The notes below the pieces were generated by a model. That model was not told the DNA's origin. It did not search any database and was given only the letters and a program-made list of their open reading frames with translations. Below are positions 20,260-29,418 of a stretch of 64,000 nucleotides of DNA, piece by piece. How positions within the stretch are numbered: position 1 is the stretch's first letter; each line of letters begins with the position of its first letter. The translations under genes and the position numbers were made by a program. This DNA comes from an uncultured Gammaproteobacteria bacterium (GTDB taxonomy: Bacteria > Pseudomonadota > Gammaproteobacteria > Pseudomonadales > Litorivicinaceae): assembly GCA_913042205.1 (NCBI GenBank), contig CAJWIY010000004.1, positions 3,911 through 67,910 of the forward strand, given 5' to 3'.

Positions 20260-21768
20260 ATGAAAGTATTCGACACGGCCGTCATTGGCCTAGGCCCAAC
20301 CGGCGCAACACTTGCCAATCTACTCGCGATGCAGGGTCTATCAGTTCTCATCCTAGAACGCGAGGCACAGATCTACGATTTACCGCGGGCTGTTCATTTC
20401 GACGACGAAATTATGCGTGTATTCCAGAATATCGGGATAGCGGATGAGCTACTACCGATGGTTCGGGTCAACCCTGGTATGAGATTTGTCGATAAGGAAA
20501 ATAATCTCCTGTTGGACTGGCCCAGGCCGCAAGACATCACCTCCCAGGGTTGGAACGCAAGCTACCGACTACATCAGCCCGATCTCGAGCGCTTACTGCG
20601 CAAGAAGCTCGAGGGTTATGATTTGGTGACATTGAAGACCAGTACAAGGGCTACTTCGATCGATCAAACCGAGACTGAGGCAGTGATCCGCACTCAAACG
20701 GGATCGACCAATCGTTCGGAAACCTATCGCGCTCGATATGTAATTGGCTGTGATGGGGCCAATTCCCAGACCAGGACAATGATTAAATCAGAAATTGATG
20801 ATTATGGATTCCAAGAGAGATGGCTCGTCATCGACCTAATCCTCAAAAAAGATAGACCCGATCTTGGCGATCATTCAATCCAGTTTTGTCGGCCAGACCG
20901 ACCGATGACCTACTGTCGAGGTCCAGGTAACCGCCGCCGATGGGAGATAACCTTATTGGATACTGAAGATGAGAACCGTGTCACAAAGCCTGATCACATC
21001 TGGTCATTACTGAAACCATGGATTACATCAGATGAGGCGTTACTCGAGCGGAAAGCGGTCTATACCTTCAAGTCCCAAGTCGCAAGAAACTGGCGTCACG
21101 GCCGAATATTTCTCGCTGGTGACGCGGCTCACGTTACGCCACCATTTTTAGGACAGGGGATGTGTATGGGAATCAGAGACGCATTCAACTTAGCCTGGAA
21201 ATTGGCATCCGTTATCAACAAAGATGCAGAACATCCACTGTTGGACAGTTACGAGGATGAGCGAAATCCTCATGCTCGCGCCTACGTCGAAATGGCCATT
21301 AAAATCGGTCAAATCATTCGTTCAATAAATCACAATGACGCCCTAAACGACGTCTCAGGTCATCGGACTCGGTCGGGCGAAATGCGATCAATCACACCAA
21401 AACTGGGTCCAAGTTCGCTCACAGCTCCGCGATCAAACTCAAACACAGATATAGAGGGCCGACCCGCCACACAGTTTCGTGTCCAGCCAAGTGACGATTT
21501 AATGGATGATGTATCAGGTTACAGACACGTGATCATCAGCAACACTCGACCTGAAGGGATTAAAGACAGCATTTTTTGGGTTAACGCCTCAGAACAAGAG
21601 GAGGCGGCCAAGCTGCTCATGGACTTAGATGCTGAGGCCGCATGGATTCGGCCGGATCGATACCTGGGGGCCGCTACAAAATCAATACAAGAACTTTACG
21701 AATATTTACCAAACTTTCTGAAAAATCGCGAAAAATGCGGAGACTTCAATGAAACTAGCTTCTCTTAA
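20260..21768 (+). CDS. FAD-dependent aromatic hydroxylase (MhpA / 3-hydroxyphenylpropionate hydroxylase-like)
   Basis: Start at ATG 20260 (MKVFDTAVIGLGPTGATLANLL = GxGxxG). GCDGANS and FLAGDAAHVTPPFLGQGMCMGIRDA. Confidence 0.85.
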   Translation: MKVFDTAVIGLGPTGATLANLLAMQGLSVLILEREAQIYDLPRAVHFDDEIMRVFQNIGIADELLPMVRVNPGMRFVDKENNLLLDWPRPQDITSQGWNASYRLHQPDLERLLRKKLEGYDLVTLKTSTRATSIDQTETEAVIRTQTGSTNRSETYRARYVIGCDGANSQTRTMIKSEIDDYGFQERWLVIDLILKKDRPDLGDHSIQFCRPDRPMTYCRGPGNRRRWEITLLDTEDENRVTKPDHIWSLLKPWITSDEALLERKAVYTFKSQVARNWRHGRIFLAGDAAHVTPPFLGQGMCMGIRDAFNLAWKLASVINKDAEHPLLDSYEDERNPHARAYVEMAIKIGQIIRSINHNDALNDVSGHRTRSGEMRSITPKLGPSSLTAPRSNSNTDIEGRPATQFRVQPSDDLMDDVSGYRHVIISNTRPEGIKDSIFWVNASEQEEAAKLLMDLDAEAAWIRPDRYLGAATKSIQELYEYLPNFLKNREKCGDFNETSFS

Positions 21769-22729
21769 ATCGGACAGTCGTGATGGAACATTGATGGTAG
21801 TCTCTGGCGACCTAAAGTCCATGCACAATGCTTCGTCTATTTGTCCAAATCTACGGCACGCTATAGAAAACTGGGGGACTAGTTTTCCATTATTAAGGGA
21901 GCTGGCCGCGGAACTGGAAGATGGAGTTCTGCAGACAGAACCATACGATCCAACGCGGTTGTCGAGCCCGCTACCCAGATCATTTCAATGGGCCGACGGT
22001 AGCGCCTATCTGAGCCATATGCGTCTGGTGCGTAAGGCGAGAGGGGCCGAGATGCCACCAAACTCAGAAAGTGAGCCTTTACTGTACCAGGGGGGAAGCG
22101 ACTACTTTCTCGGACCCACCGATGACATCGTTTGTGCTGACACCAACTGGGGCTTAGATTTTGAGAGCGAAATCGCAATCATCACGGATGACATTCCCAT
22201 GGGTTGCTCTGTTTCAGAGGCACCGGACCATATCAAGTTGGTGATGTTGTGCAACGACATATCTCTCAGACTAATCATGAAGCCTGAACTAGCAAAAGGA
22301 TTCGGCTTTTATCAATCCAAACCAGCGAGTGCATTCTCGCCTGTATGCGTGACGCCTGATGAGTTGGGGGGGCAATGGGATACGGCAAAAGTGAATCTCC
22401 CGCTGAAAACAACGTACAACGGTGAAACCTTCGGAAATGTCCACGCTGGGACGGATTTGAATTTCGATTTTGCGCATCTCATCGCTCATGCCGCGAAGAC
22501 TCGAGAACTTCGTGCCGGCACAATTATCGGTTCCGGGACCGTTTCGAATACTAATTATGAGGAGGTAGGATCCTCATGTTTGGCTGAAAGACGGATGATT
22601 GAAACACTTGAAACCGGTCAACCAGTTACGCGTTTTATGGAGCCGGGGGACACGATCCACATCGAAATGATTGATCATCAGGGCCAATCAATTTTTGGCG
22701 CCATAGACCAAAAAGTAACCAGCATTTGA
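21749..22729 (+). CDS. Fumarylacetoacetate hydrolase (FAH) family protein
   Basis: 326 aa with an FAH-family N-terminus (MKLASLKSDSRDGTLMVVS) and C-terminal catalytic domain. 20-nt overlap with the hydroxylase gene. Confidence 0.85.
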   Translation: MKLASLKSDSRDGTLMVVSGDLKSMHNASSICPNLRHAIENWGTSFPLLRELAAELEDGVLQTEPYDPTRLSSPLPRSFQWADGSAYLSHMRLVRKARGAEMPPNSESEPLLYQGGSDYFLGPTDDIVCADTNWGLDFESEIAIITDDIPMGCSVSEAPDHIKLVMLCNDISLRLIMKPELAKGFGFYQSKPASAFSPVCVTPDELGGQWDTAKVNLPLKTTYNGETFGNVHAGTDLNFDFAHLIAHAAKTRELRAGTIIGSGTVSNTNYEEVGSSCLAERRMIETLETGQPVTRFMEPGDTIHIEMIDHQGQSIFGAIDQKVTSI

Positions 22730-22829
22730 GATCAAATCAGCTTGGGACTCCGTTTGATTGGGTTTACCAAATGGTGGTTGTTTATAGCACCTGACATCAA
22801 CCAGTTGGAATAAAAAATATGGAATCTCT

Positions 22830-24023
22830 TTGACCGTCATATTCTCCACAGAACAGCAATGGAAAATTACTGCGACTACCGTTGCTTGTGGTGCTGTGTG
22901 CGGTGTCCACATTGCCAAACTAGGGCCTTCCATGCCCTCAATCATGGATAATTTCAATATATCGCTCACCGAGGCAGGGATACTCGCGTCAACTTTCACA
23001 CTACTCACTATTTTCACAGGCGTATTTGTGGGTAATACAATGTCCAAGCTGGGCATCAAGAGATTGATTTGTTTCGCGATGTTACTATCACTAATTGGTG
23101 GTCTAATTGCCCTAATCGTCAATAACTATATCGGCCTTGTATCGGGCAGAGCACTTGAAGGCATTGGGTTGATTATAATGATGATCGCCGGGCCGACCGC
23201 TGTATCACTATTCACTGACGATACAACAAGGGCCAAGCACACTGGCTTTTGGTCCGCCTTTATGCCACTGGGCACTGCCCTTAGCTTCCTCATGGCACCA
23301 GTCATGCTATCCATCGGCGGATGGCAGGGCCTCTGGTCGTTTTCAGTTCTGGTCTCACTTATTGCACTGATAGCAGCCTCACTCTGGATACCTAACGACC
23401 TAAATCGAGCAATACTGGGCCTTGATAAGACTCTTCTTAAGAAAACTTTTAGAACCTCCACACTGATCTGGATTGGCTGTGTTTTCGCGGTGCACTCCCT
23501 CGTTTTTCACATTATCCTGCAATTCATTCCGGTCTATGGGACGACATCACTAGGATCATCTTTTTCTACCGTCTCCTATATCGTCGCCGGGTATTGCCTT
23601 CTAAATGTTTGCGGCAACTTTTTGGCCGGAAACGCGATCCACCGAGGAACCCGACCCTATCGCCTAATGTCTATCCATTTCATGGCTGTTCCCGTATTAG
23701 CTGTTGCCTTATTTTTCCCCAACATACCCGATGTCGTAAGATTTATCGCTCTGATTATTGGAGCATTTTTCACGAGTCTCACTCCATCTGCGGCCTTCAC
23801 ACTGATCGCTAAATTAACGAAAAAAAAATCAGAAATACCTGCCTTCAACGGTCTAATGCTTCAGGTTCAAGGTGCGGGTATCCTATTCGGTCCGTCGCTT
23901 ACAGGATGGGCGGTAGAGACTTTTGATTCTTGGACTGCTGCCGGCTTCGTTTTAATATTTGCTTCGGTTTTAGTTTTGATAATTATAAATTCAAAAATAA
24001 GGTCGGTAGATCTTTCAACCTAG
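22830..24023 (+). CDS. MFS transporter
   Basis: 397 aa with TTG start and about 12 hydrophobic helices. Confidence 0.7.
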   Translation: MTVIFSTEQQWKITATTVACGAVCGVHIAKLGPSMPSIMDNFNISLTEAGILASTFTLLTIFTGVFVGNTMSKLGIKRLICFAMLLSLIGGLIALIVNNYIGLVSGRALEGIGLIIMMIAGPTAVSLFTDDTTRAKHTGFWSAFMPLGTALSFLMAPVMLSIGGWQGLWSFSVLVSLIALIAASLWIPNDLNRAILGLDKTLLKKTFRTSTLIWIGCVFAVHSLVFHIILQFIPVYGTTSLGSSFSTVSYIVAGYCLLNVCGNFLAGNAIHRGTRPYRLMSIHFMAVPVLAVALFFPNIPDVVRFIALIIGAFFTSLTPSAAFTLIAKLTKKKSEIPAFNGLMLQVQGAGILFGPSLTGWAVETFDSWTAAGFVLIFASVLVLIIINSKIRSVDLST

Positions 24024-24035
24024 ACAGGTATTACC

Positions 24036-24956
24036 ATGAACCTCATTGACCAGCAGCAGCCATATCGCAATGCGCCATTCGAGGGGGAGCACATCCAGAC
24101 AAAACCCTTGGCAGCTGCCATGGGTGGCGAGGTTCTCGATATTCAGATAGCAGACCTAACTGAAAAGTCTTTCCTCGAGATCGAAAAAGCACTGCACCAT
24201 CACAAAATGATATTTTTTAGGAAGCAATCTTTATCGCTTGCTGACCAGGAGACTTTTACGCTCCGCTTTGGAGAGTTTGGCACTGATGCATACACAAAAG
24301 GAATGACCGGTCATCCAGATATTCAACCGGTAATAAAAGAGGCCTCAACCAAATCAAAGATGATTTTTGGTGGAGGCTGGCACACCGATTCTCCATTTCT
24401 TGCACAGCCCCCTTCAGTGAGCATACTTCATGGCGTAGAAATACCACCATACGGAGGGGACACCATCTGGTACAACTCTGTACTGGCCTACGAGAGCCTC
24501 TCGCCCACCATGAGAAGTATCCTCAGCCCCCTACGTGTCCACATGTCCGCACAAAATGTGATCGGGTCTATGAAAGCTCTTGCGCAAGATTCTCCATCGG
24601 GACCAAAGCTGAGTGATATGGAGTTAGAGCTCGATGTTCAATCAATGCTTGATGGGTCTTACCACCCTTTAATCCGAAAGCATCCCGTTTCTGGTGAGGT
24701 ATCGCTATACTGCGACGCAGTTTACGCGGTTGGCCTCCAGGGAATGACCGACAGAGAATCAAGACCATTACTCGAATTCCTCGTCGCTCACCTGACCCAA
24801 GAAATGTTTAGCTGTCGCTTAAGATGGGAGCCTCATACAGTCGCCGTCTGGGATAACCGTATATGCCTTCATCGAGCATTTAACGATTACGACGGATATC
24901 GAAGAGAAATGCATCGGACCACGGTCAAAGGGGAGACACCCATCGCTGCCTTCTGA
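24036..24956 (+). CDS. TauD/TfdA family Fe(II)/2-oxoglutarate dioxygenase
   Basis: 306 aa. HxD facial-triad motif GGWHTDSPF, distal His in CLHRAFNDY, and GGDTIW. Confidence 0.85.
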   Translation: MNLIDQQQPYRNAPFEGEHIQTKPLAAAMGGEVLDIQIADLTEKSFLEIEKALHHHKMIFFRKQSLSLADQETFTLRFGEFGTDAYTKGMTGHPDIQPVIKEASTKSKMIFGGGWHTDSPFLAQPPSVSILHGVEIPPYGGDTIWYNSVLAYESLSPTMRSILSPLRVHMSAQNVIGSMKALAQDSPSGPKLSDMELELDVQSMLDGSYHPLIRKHPVSGEVSLYCDAVYAVGLQGMTDRESRPLLEFLVAHLTQEMFSCRLRWEPHTVAVWDNRICLHRAFNDYDGYRREMHRTTVKGETPIAAF

Positions 24957-25019
24957 AGATGCAACACTGGGGAAGTATTCAAATTGAACCCGCCATAAAA
25001 AATAAACAGCTGATCAAAT

Positions 25020-25823
25020 CTAATGCTTCCACGACGGATCACTCCGGTCGACCAGCCTCACTAAGGCAGGCCATTCAGGGTGTCTGACCTTCGCACCAGC
25101 TTGAGCCGCCCCACCCTCGAACTGTTCGCGTGTCTTGATCATGACATCCTCTCGAATATAGTTGATCTGGCCCGCGGCCATGGCCCTGAGCTGTACCTCG
25201 GCATTACGGATGAATGCCTGATGCCTGGTCAACGCCCACGCGCAATTTTCACCAGCCGTTAACAATCCATGGTTCTTCAACACCAAGGTATGGTTCTTCT
25301 CTCCCAAGGCCTTGGCAATTAATGGACTCTCCGACCCATCAAGCACGATCCCCTCGTAGTCATGGTAGCCCACCCGCTCGAAGAACTGGCATCCCTCCTG
25401 GGTAAGTGGAATGACCTCGTGATCCAGCGCACAAATAGACTGTGACATAGGTTCATGAGTGTGCAGCACACAGTGCAGATCGTCACGACAACTGTGGACA
25501 GCAGAGTGGATCACATATCCAGCCTGATTCACTGGCCACTCAGATTGTGAAATTGGATTTCCTTCTATATCAATCCGTATGAGATCCGATGCCCTGATTT
25601 CTTCGTACCTCATCCCAAAAGGATTAATCAAGAAATGTGATGTTCCTGGAATACGAAGGGTGATGTGGTTATAAACCACTGATGTCCACCCATAACACGC
25701 GACAATTCGATAGCAAGCCGCTAATTCGAGTCGGGCCTCCCACTCAAGTGGATCCATCCCCTCTGGCGCCGTTGGAACAACTACCTCAAATCGGTCCGAC
25801 ATAACCTGTGTATATGCATTCAT
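25020..25823 (-). CDS. Class II aldolase / adducin N-terminal domain family protein
   Basis: 267 aa. His-rich metal region HSAVH...VLHTHEP. Starts 14 nt after pobA ends. Confidence 0.8.
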   Translation of the reverse strand: MNAYTQVMSDRFEVVVPTAPEGMDPLEWEARLELAACYRIVACYGWTSVVYNHITLRIPGTSHFLINPFGMRYEEIRASDLIRIDIEGNPISQSEWPVNQAGYVIHSAVHSCRDDLHCVLHTHEPMSQSICALDHEVIPLTQEGCQFFERVGYHDYEGIVLDGSESPLIAKALGEKNHTLVLKNHGLLTAGENCAWALTRHQAFIRNAEVQLRAMAAGQINYIREDVMIKTREQFEGGAAQAGAKVRHPEWPALVRLVDRSDPSWKH

Positions 25824-25837
25824 CTCAGTATCAACTC

Positions 25838-27016
25838 CTAGTAGGGCAACCCAACATAATTTGTCGCGAGTACTCTTTGATAATCTTCAGATTGGCATAA
25901 ATACTTGAATTCGGCTCGTCTCATGCGCTCGGCAAATCCATCCTCATTATCAAATCGATGTAAAAGCGAAGTCATCCACCAGCTAAATCGCTCAGATTTC
26001 CAGATCCGGTCCAGAGCGCGGTCAGAGTACTCTTTCAATAGCTGCTCATTTTTATCTTTAAAGAAAGTAATAAATCCCTTCGACAAGTAATAAACATCTG
26101 AGAATGCAAGATTCAATCCCTTAGCGCCTGTCGGTGGAACAATATGACCGGCATCACCCGCAATAAAAAGCCTCCCAAAAGAAAGTGGCTCGCAGACAAA
26201 ACTACGAAGAGGAGCGATTGATTTTTCAAGCGACGGACCCGTCTCCAGATTATTGGCAATCGCTGATGGTATTTGATGTTTCAAGGTATCCCAAAAACGA
26301 TCATCTGACCATTGTTCAACAGAGTCTCCTGCAGGACATTGCACGTAATAGCGACTCAGACGTTCGTTCCTCATTGAACACAGCGAAAAACCATCCTCAT
26401 GGCTCGCGTAAATGAGTTCATGATCAGCAGGTTTCGTTTCAGATAAAACACCCAACCAGCCAAATGGATAAACCCGCTCAAATTCATTCTTTTTATCCGC
26501 GGGAATCGCCTGACGTGAAATTCCTCTGAAACCGTCGCAACCAGCGACGAATGTTGGATGGACCTCAAACTCCTCATTCTCATGCGAGCCAGTGATCTTG
26601 ATCTGATCCGAGTCAAGGTTGTGTACTTTTGCATCGGTAACTGACTCCAGAATCTTGATTCCATTCCCAGAAACCGCCGCAAATAAATCCTTGGTAACCT
26701 CGGTCTGCCCATAGACTGTTACTTGTTTACCAGTCAGCTTCTCTATATCGATACGGAGCTCATCGTCCCCATAGGTGATTCGGAACCCACTGTGTCTTTG
26801 ACCCTCTTGCGAGACACGATCACCAAGACCAACGTCCTGCATTAATTTAACACTGCCTTCCTCCAAAACACCTGCTCGTATTCGCTCCAGAACGTGTTGC
26901 ATCGGCTGTCGCTCGATAATTACTGAGCTGATACCCTCAAGAAATAATAGTCGTGACAGCATGAGGCCCGATGGACCACCCCCAATGATTGCTACGTCTG
27001 TCTGGTATTTGGTCAT
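25838..27016 (-). CDS. pobA: 4-hydroxybenzoate 3-monooxygenase
   Basis: Start at MTKYQTDVAIIGGGPSG (27016). Colinear with Pseudomonas PobA as recalled (RIRAGVLE, VTVYGQTEVTKDL, AGCDGFRGISRQ, ERVYPFGWLG, SLEKSIAPLRSF, GDAGHIVPPTGAKGLNLA, ERFSWWMTS, NYVGLPY). Confidence 0.9.
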   Translation of the reverse strand: MTKYQTDVAIIGGGPSGLMLSRLLFLEGISSVIIERQPMQHVLERIRAGVLEEGSVKLMQDVGLGDRVSQEGQRHSGFRITYGDDELRIDIEKLTGKQVTVYGQTEVTKDLFAAVSGNGIKILESVTDAKVHNLDSDQIKITGSHENEEFEVHPTFVAGCDGFRGISRQAIPADKKNEFERVYPFGWLGVLSETKPADHELIYASHEDGFSLCSMRNERLSRYYVQCPAGDSVEQWSDDRFWDTLKHQIPSAIANNLETGPSLEKSIAPLRSFVCEPLSFGRLFIAGDAGHIVPPTGAKGLNLAFSDVYYLSKGFITFFKDKNEQLLKEYSDRALDRIWKSERFSWWMTSLLHRFDNEDGFAERMRRAEFKYLCQSEDYQRVLATNYVGLPY

Positions 27017-27090
27017 AACACTCTTGCCGTACCTCGAAAACCCCATCCATCATACTGTTTCTGTGACTAGAATTAGTCTTGAATTTTCAA

Positions 27091-28659
27091 TTAACTGGCT
27101 CCGTAGCCTCCTCCACCCGGCGTACCCAATCGAAGAATATCGCCAGGATTCAAGGTGACACCGGACTGCATAGATGCAAGCGTCTTTTTTCTACCCGACA
27201 CCTCGACCTCACAAAATCCACCGCGGGCATCGCCGCCACCATTCATTCCAAGCGGATAGATACCATGCTTACTTGATCGCAAAGTGACCGAAGTAACTCC
27301 TTCGAGTATCCGATACGCCCTGACAAAACCATTTCCACCATCGAATGCTCCGCGGCCCCCTGAGTCTTTCAGGATTTTAAATTCCTCTGTTCTAACCGGA
27401 AATTCTGTCTCCAGCATCTCGACTGATGCAACTTTTCCGTTGGTCTGGTTACAATGACAGCCCGTCTCCCCGGTGTATCCTTGCATTGCACCTACACCAC
27501 CTGCAAACAGTTCATATTGAATGAGTGTCCTCCGATCTAAATCGTGGGCCAAGGTCATGGCTCGACCACCTCCACCGTCTGCCCGAGCGAATTGAGGCAC
27601 ACTCTCGCCAAAAGCCGCAAATATCGACTCAATAATTGCATGTAACGCTGGGTTGTATGTATTAACCGGCGCAGGGAAGTAAGGATCAACAACCGTACCT
27701 TTGCGCGTCTTCAGAGTGAAGCAGTCAAATACTCCCTGATTCACGGGTGTATCGATCCCGGTAATCGCAATCATCACATAGGAACACGCCGCTTTCACCA
27801 GATGTGGTCTTACATTTATTGGCCCAGCGCCCTGTGGGTCTGTCTCTGAAAAATCAAAAGTAATTGATTTACCTATTTTTGTGACCTTGACGCGAATACC
27901 CTTAGGTGTGTCTAGATCAATGCCGTCGTGATCAATAAACCGTTCAGAACATTTTTCGAAATCATCTAGATCTTCTAACCGCCCCTCGATAAGTTGCTGG
28001 GTAGATCTCCTGTGATATTCAAATGCCGAAAATGTCAAATCGATCCCAAATCGATCAAAGAGTTTCTTGACCCGACTTGCCCCTTGATTACAAACCCCGA
28101 TCTGACCCTCCAAGTCTCCAAGGACCAGCTCTGGGCTTCGACTATTACCCCGCAATAGAACAAATGCTTCGCGATTTTTTTTACCAGCACTTATGAGCTT
28201 TACTGGCGGTATGTGGAGACCCTCAAAAAAAGTGTCTTTAGCTGTGGCCGGGCAGCTCCCAGGAGCAGCGCCGCCAATGTCCGGCTTATGTGCGATCGAG
28301 GCCACAAAGCCCACGAGCTGCTCCTCACAAAAGACCGGAACAGCAACGGCAAAATCAGGACTGTGTGGGCTACCACCCTCCCACGGCGAGTTGCTGAGGA
28401 ATACGTCACCGTCTCGTATATCCTCAACAGGGTAACGCGCAAGAATTCCAGAGATAACCGCGGGAAATGCACCGATGTGTATAGGAAGAACCACCTTTTG
28501 CGCGGCCAGCGAACCATCATCCAGCAACACAGCACAGCTAGCGTCGTGACTTTCTCTGATGATTGATGAATAACCTGAACGGAATAAACCAGCTTGCATG
28601 TCATCTACAATTCCACGGGCCATTGATGCGATCATTTCAGCCTCAAATTTAGTCATCAC
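27091..28659 (-). CDS. Hydantoinase B / oxoprolinase family protein (HyuB-like)
   Basis: 522 aa full-length HyuB-type sequence. No adjacent HyuA-type gene. Confidence 0.85.
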   Translation of the reverse strand: MMTKFEAEMIASMARGIVDDMQAGLFRSGYSSIIRESHDASCAVLLDDGSLAAQKVVLPIHIGAFPAVISGILARYPVEDIRDGDVFLSNSPWEGGSPHSPDFAVAVPVFCEEQLVGFVASIAHKPDIGGAAPGSCPATAKDTFFEGLHIPPVKLISAGKKNREAFVLLRGNSRSPELVLGDLEGQIGVCNQGASRVKKLFDRFGIDLTFSAFEYHRRSTQQLIEGRLEDLDDFEKCSERFIDHDGIDLDTPKGIRVKVTKIGKSITFDFSETDPQGAGPINVRPHLVKAACSYVMIAITGIDTPVNQGVFDCFTLKTRKGTVVDPYFPAPVNTYNPALHAIIESIFAAFGESVPQFARADGGGGRAMTLAHDLDRRTLIQYELFAGGVGAMQGYTGETGCHCNQTNGKVASVEMLETEFPVRTEEFKILKDSGGRGAFDGGNGFVRAYRILEGVTSVTLRSSKHGIYPLGMNGGGDARGGFCEVEVSGRKKTLASMQSGVTLNPGDILRLGTPGGGGYGAS

Positions 28660-28812
28660 AGATATCTCCCATGTAGAGCCACCAAACCTAGCCTAACCAA
28701 GCTTACCCGGCCCATCTAAACCAAAATAGATTGGACCAAAAACAATGTTTGTTGTTATCCGATTGACGATCCATCTGATAGATGTTCGTGTTATGAAAAG
28801 AGGTGTTGCTTC

Positions 28813-29406
28813 ATGAAACTTATATGCTCCCTAACAAGTCCCTATGCTCGTCGGGTCCGAGTCTTGGCTTATGAGCTTGGCATCGGAGATCGACTCAAGA
28901 TTCAAGTGGTCAGACCAAGGGAATCATCGGATTTTTTATGGACGATTAATCCGATAGGTAAGGTCCCGACACTACAGCTCGATGACGGGTCTAGCATCTA
29001 CGATTCGCTAACAATATGCGATTATTTGATCGCTACTTACTCGCCAGAGTGGGGCATAAAACAACAAAATAACTTTTGGGAGTACAGAACACGACTCTCG
29101 ATGCTAAACGAGATGAGTGATGCAGGAACACAGGCCCGGCGATTGCTCATTCAAGAGCCACCGCAACAACAGTCAGCAGATTTTCAGCTCAGCAAAATCC
29201 ACCGCGGTCTAGCGCATATCGAGAATACTTGGATATCACTGGAATCCGAAATATCCTTGGTTTCGATTGGCCTCGGGTGCACATTCGACTGGTTGTTGAA
29301 CCGGTTTCCAGAAATCAATTGGGTCAGTTCGTGCCCGAGGATTACCAATTGGTTCAACGAATTTAAATTGCGCCAATCAATGGAAAAAACACAGATTCCG
29401 GGATAG
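28813..29406 (+). CDS. Glutathione S-transferase family protein
   Basis: 197 aa. Thioredoxin-like N-domain (SPYARRVRV, GKVPTL, IYDSLTICDYL) plus a helical C-domain. Confidence 0.7.
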   Translation: MKLICSLTSPYARRVRVLAYELGIGDRLKIQVVRPRESSDFLWTINPIGKVPTLQLDDGSSIYDSLTICDYLIATYSPEWGIKQQNNFWEYRTRLSMLNEMSDAGTQARRLLIQEPPQQQSADFQLSKIHRGLAHIENTWISLESEISLVSIGLGCTFDWLLNRFPEINWVSSCPRITNWFNEFKLRQSMEKTQIPG

Positions 29407-29418
29407 GTTTCTCGGGAT

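Noticed and set aside
28714-28731. Inverted repeat ATCTA-N8-TAGAT in the hyuB / GST divergent region
   Set aside because: The arms are only 5 bp and the region is AT-rich. There is no second copy and it does not match the CTTAG-N4-CTAAG family.
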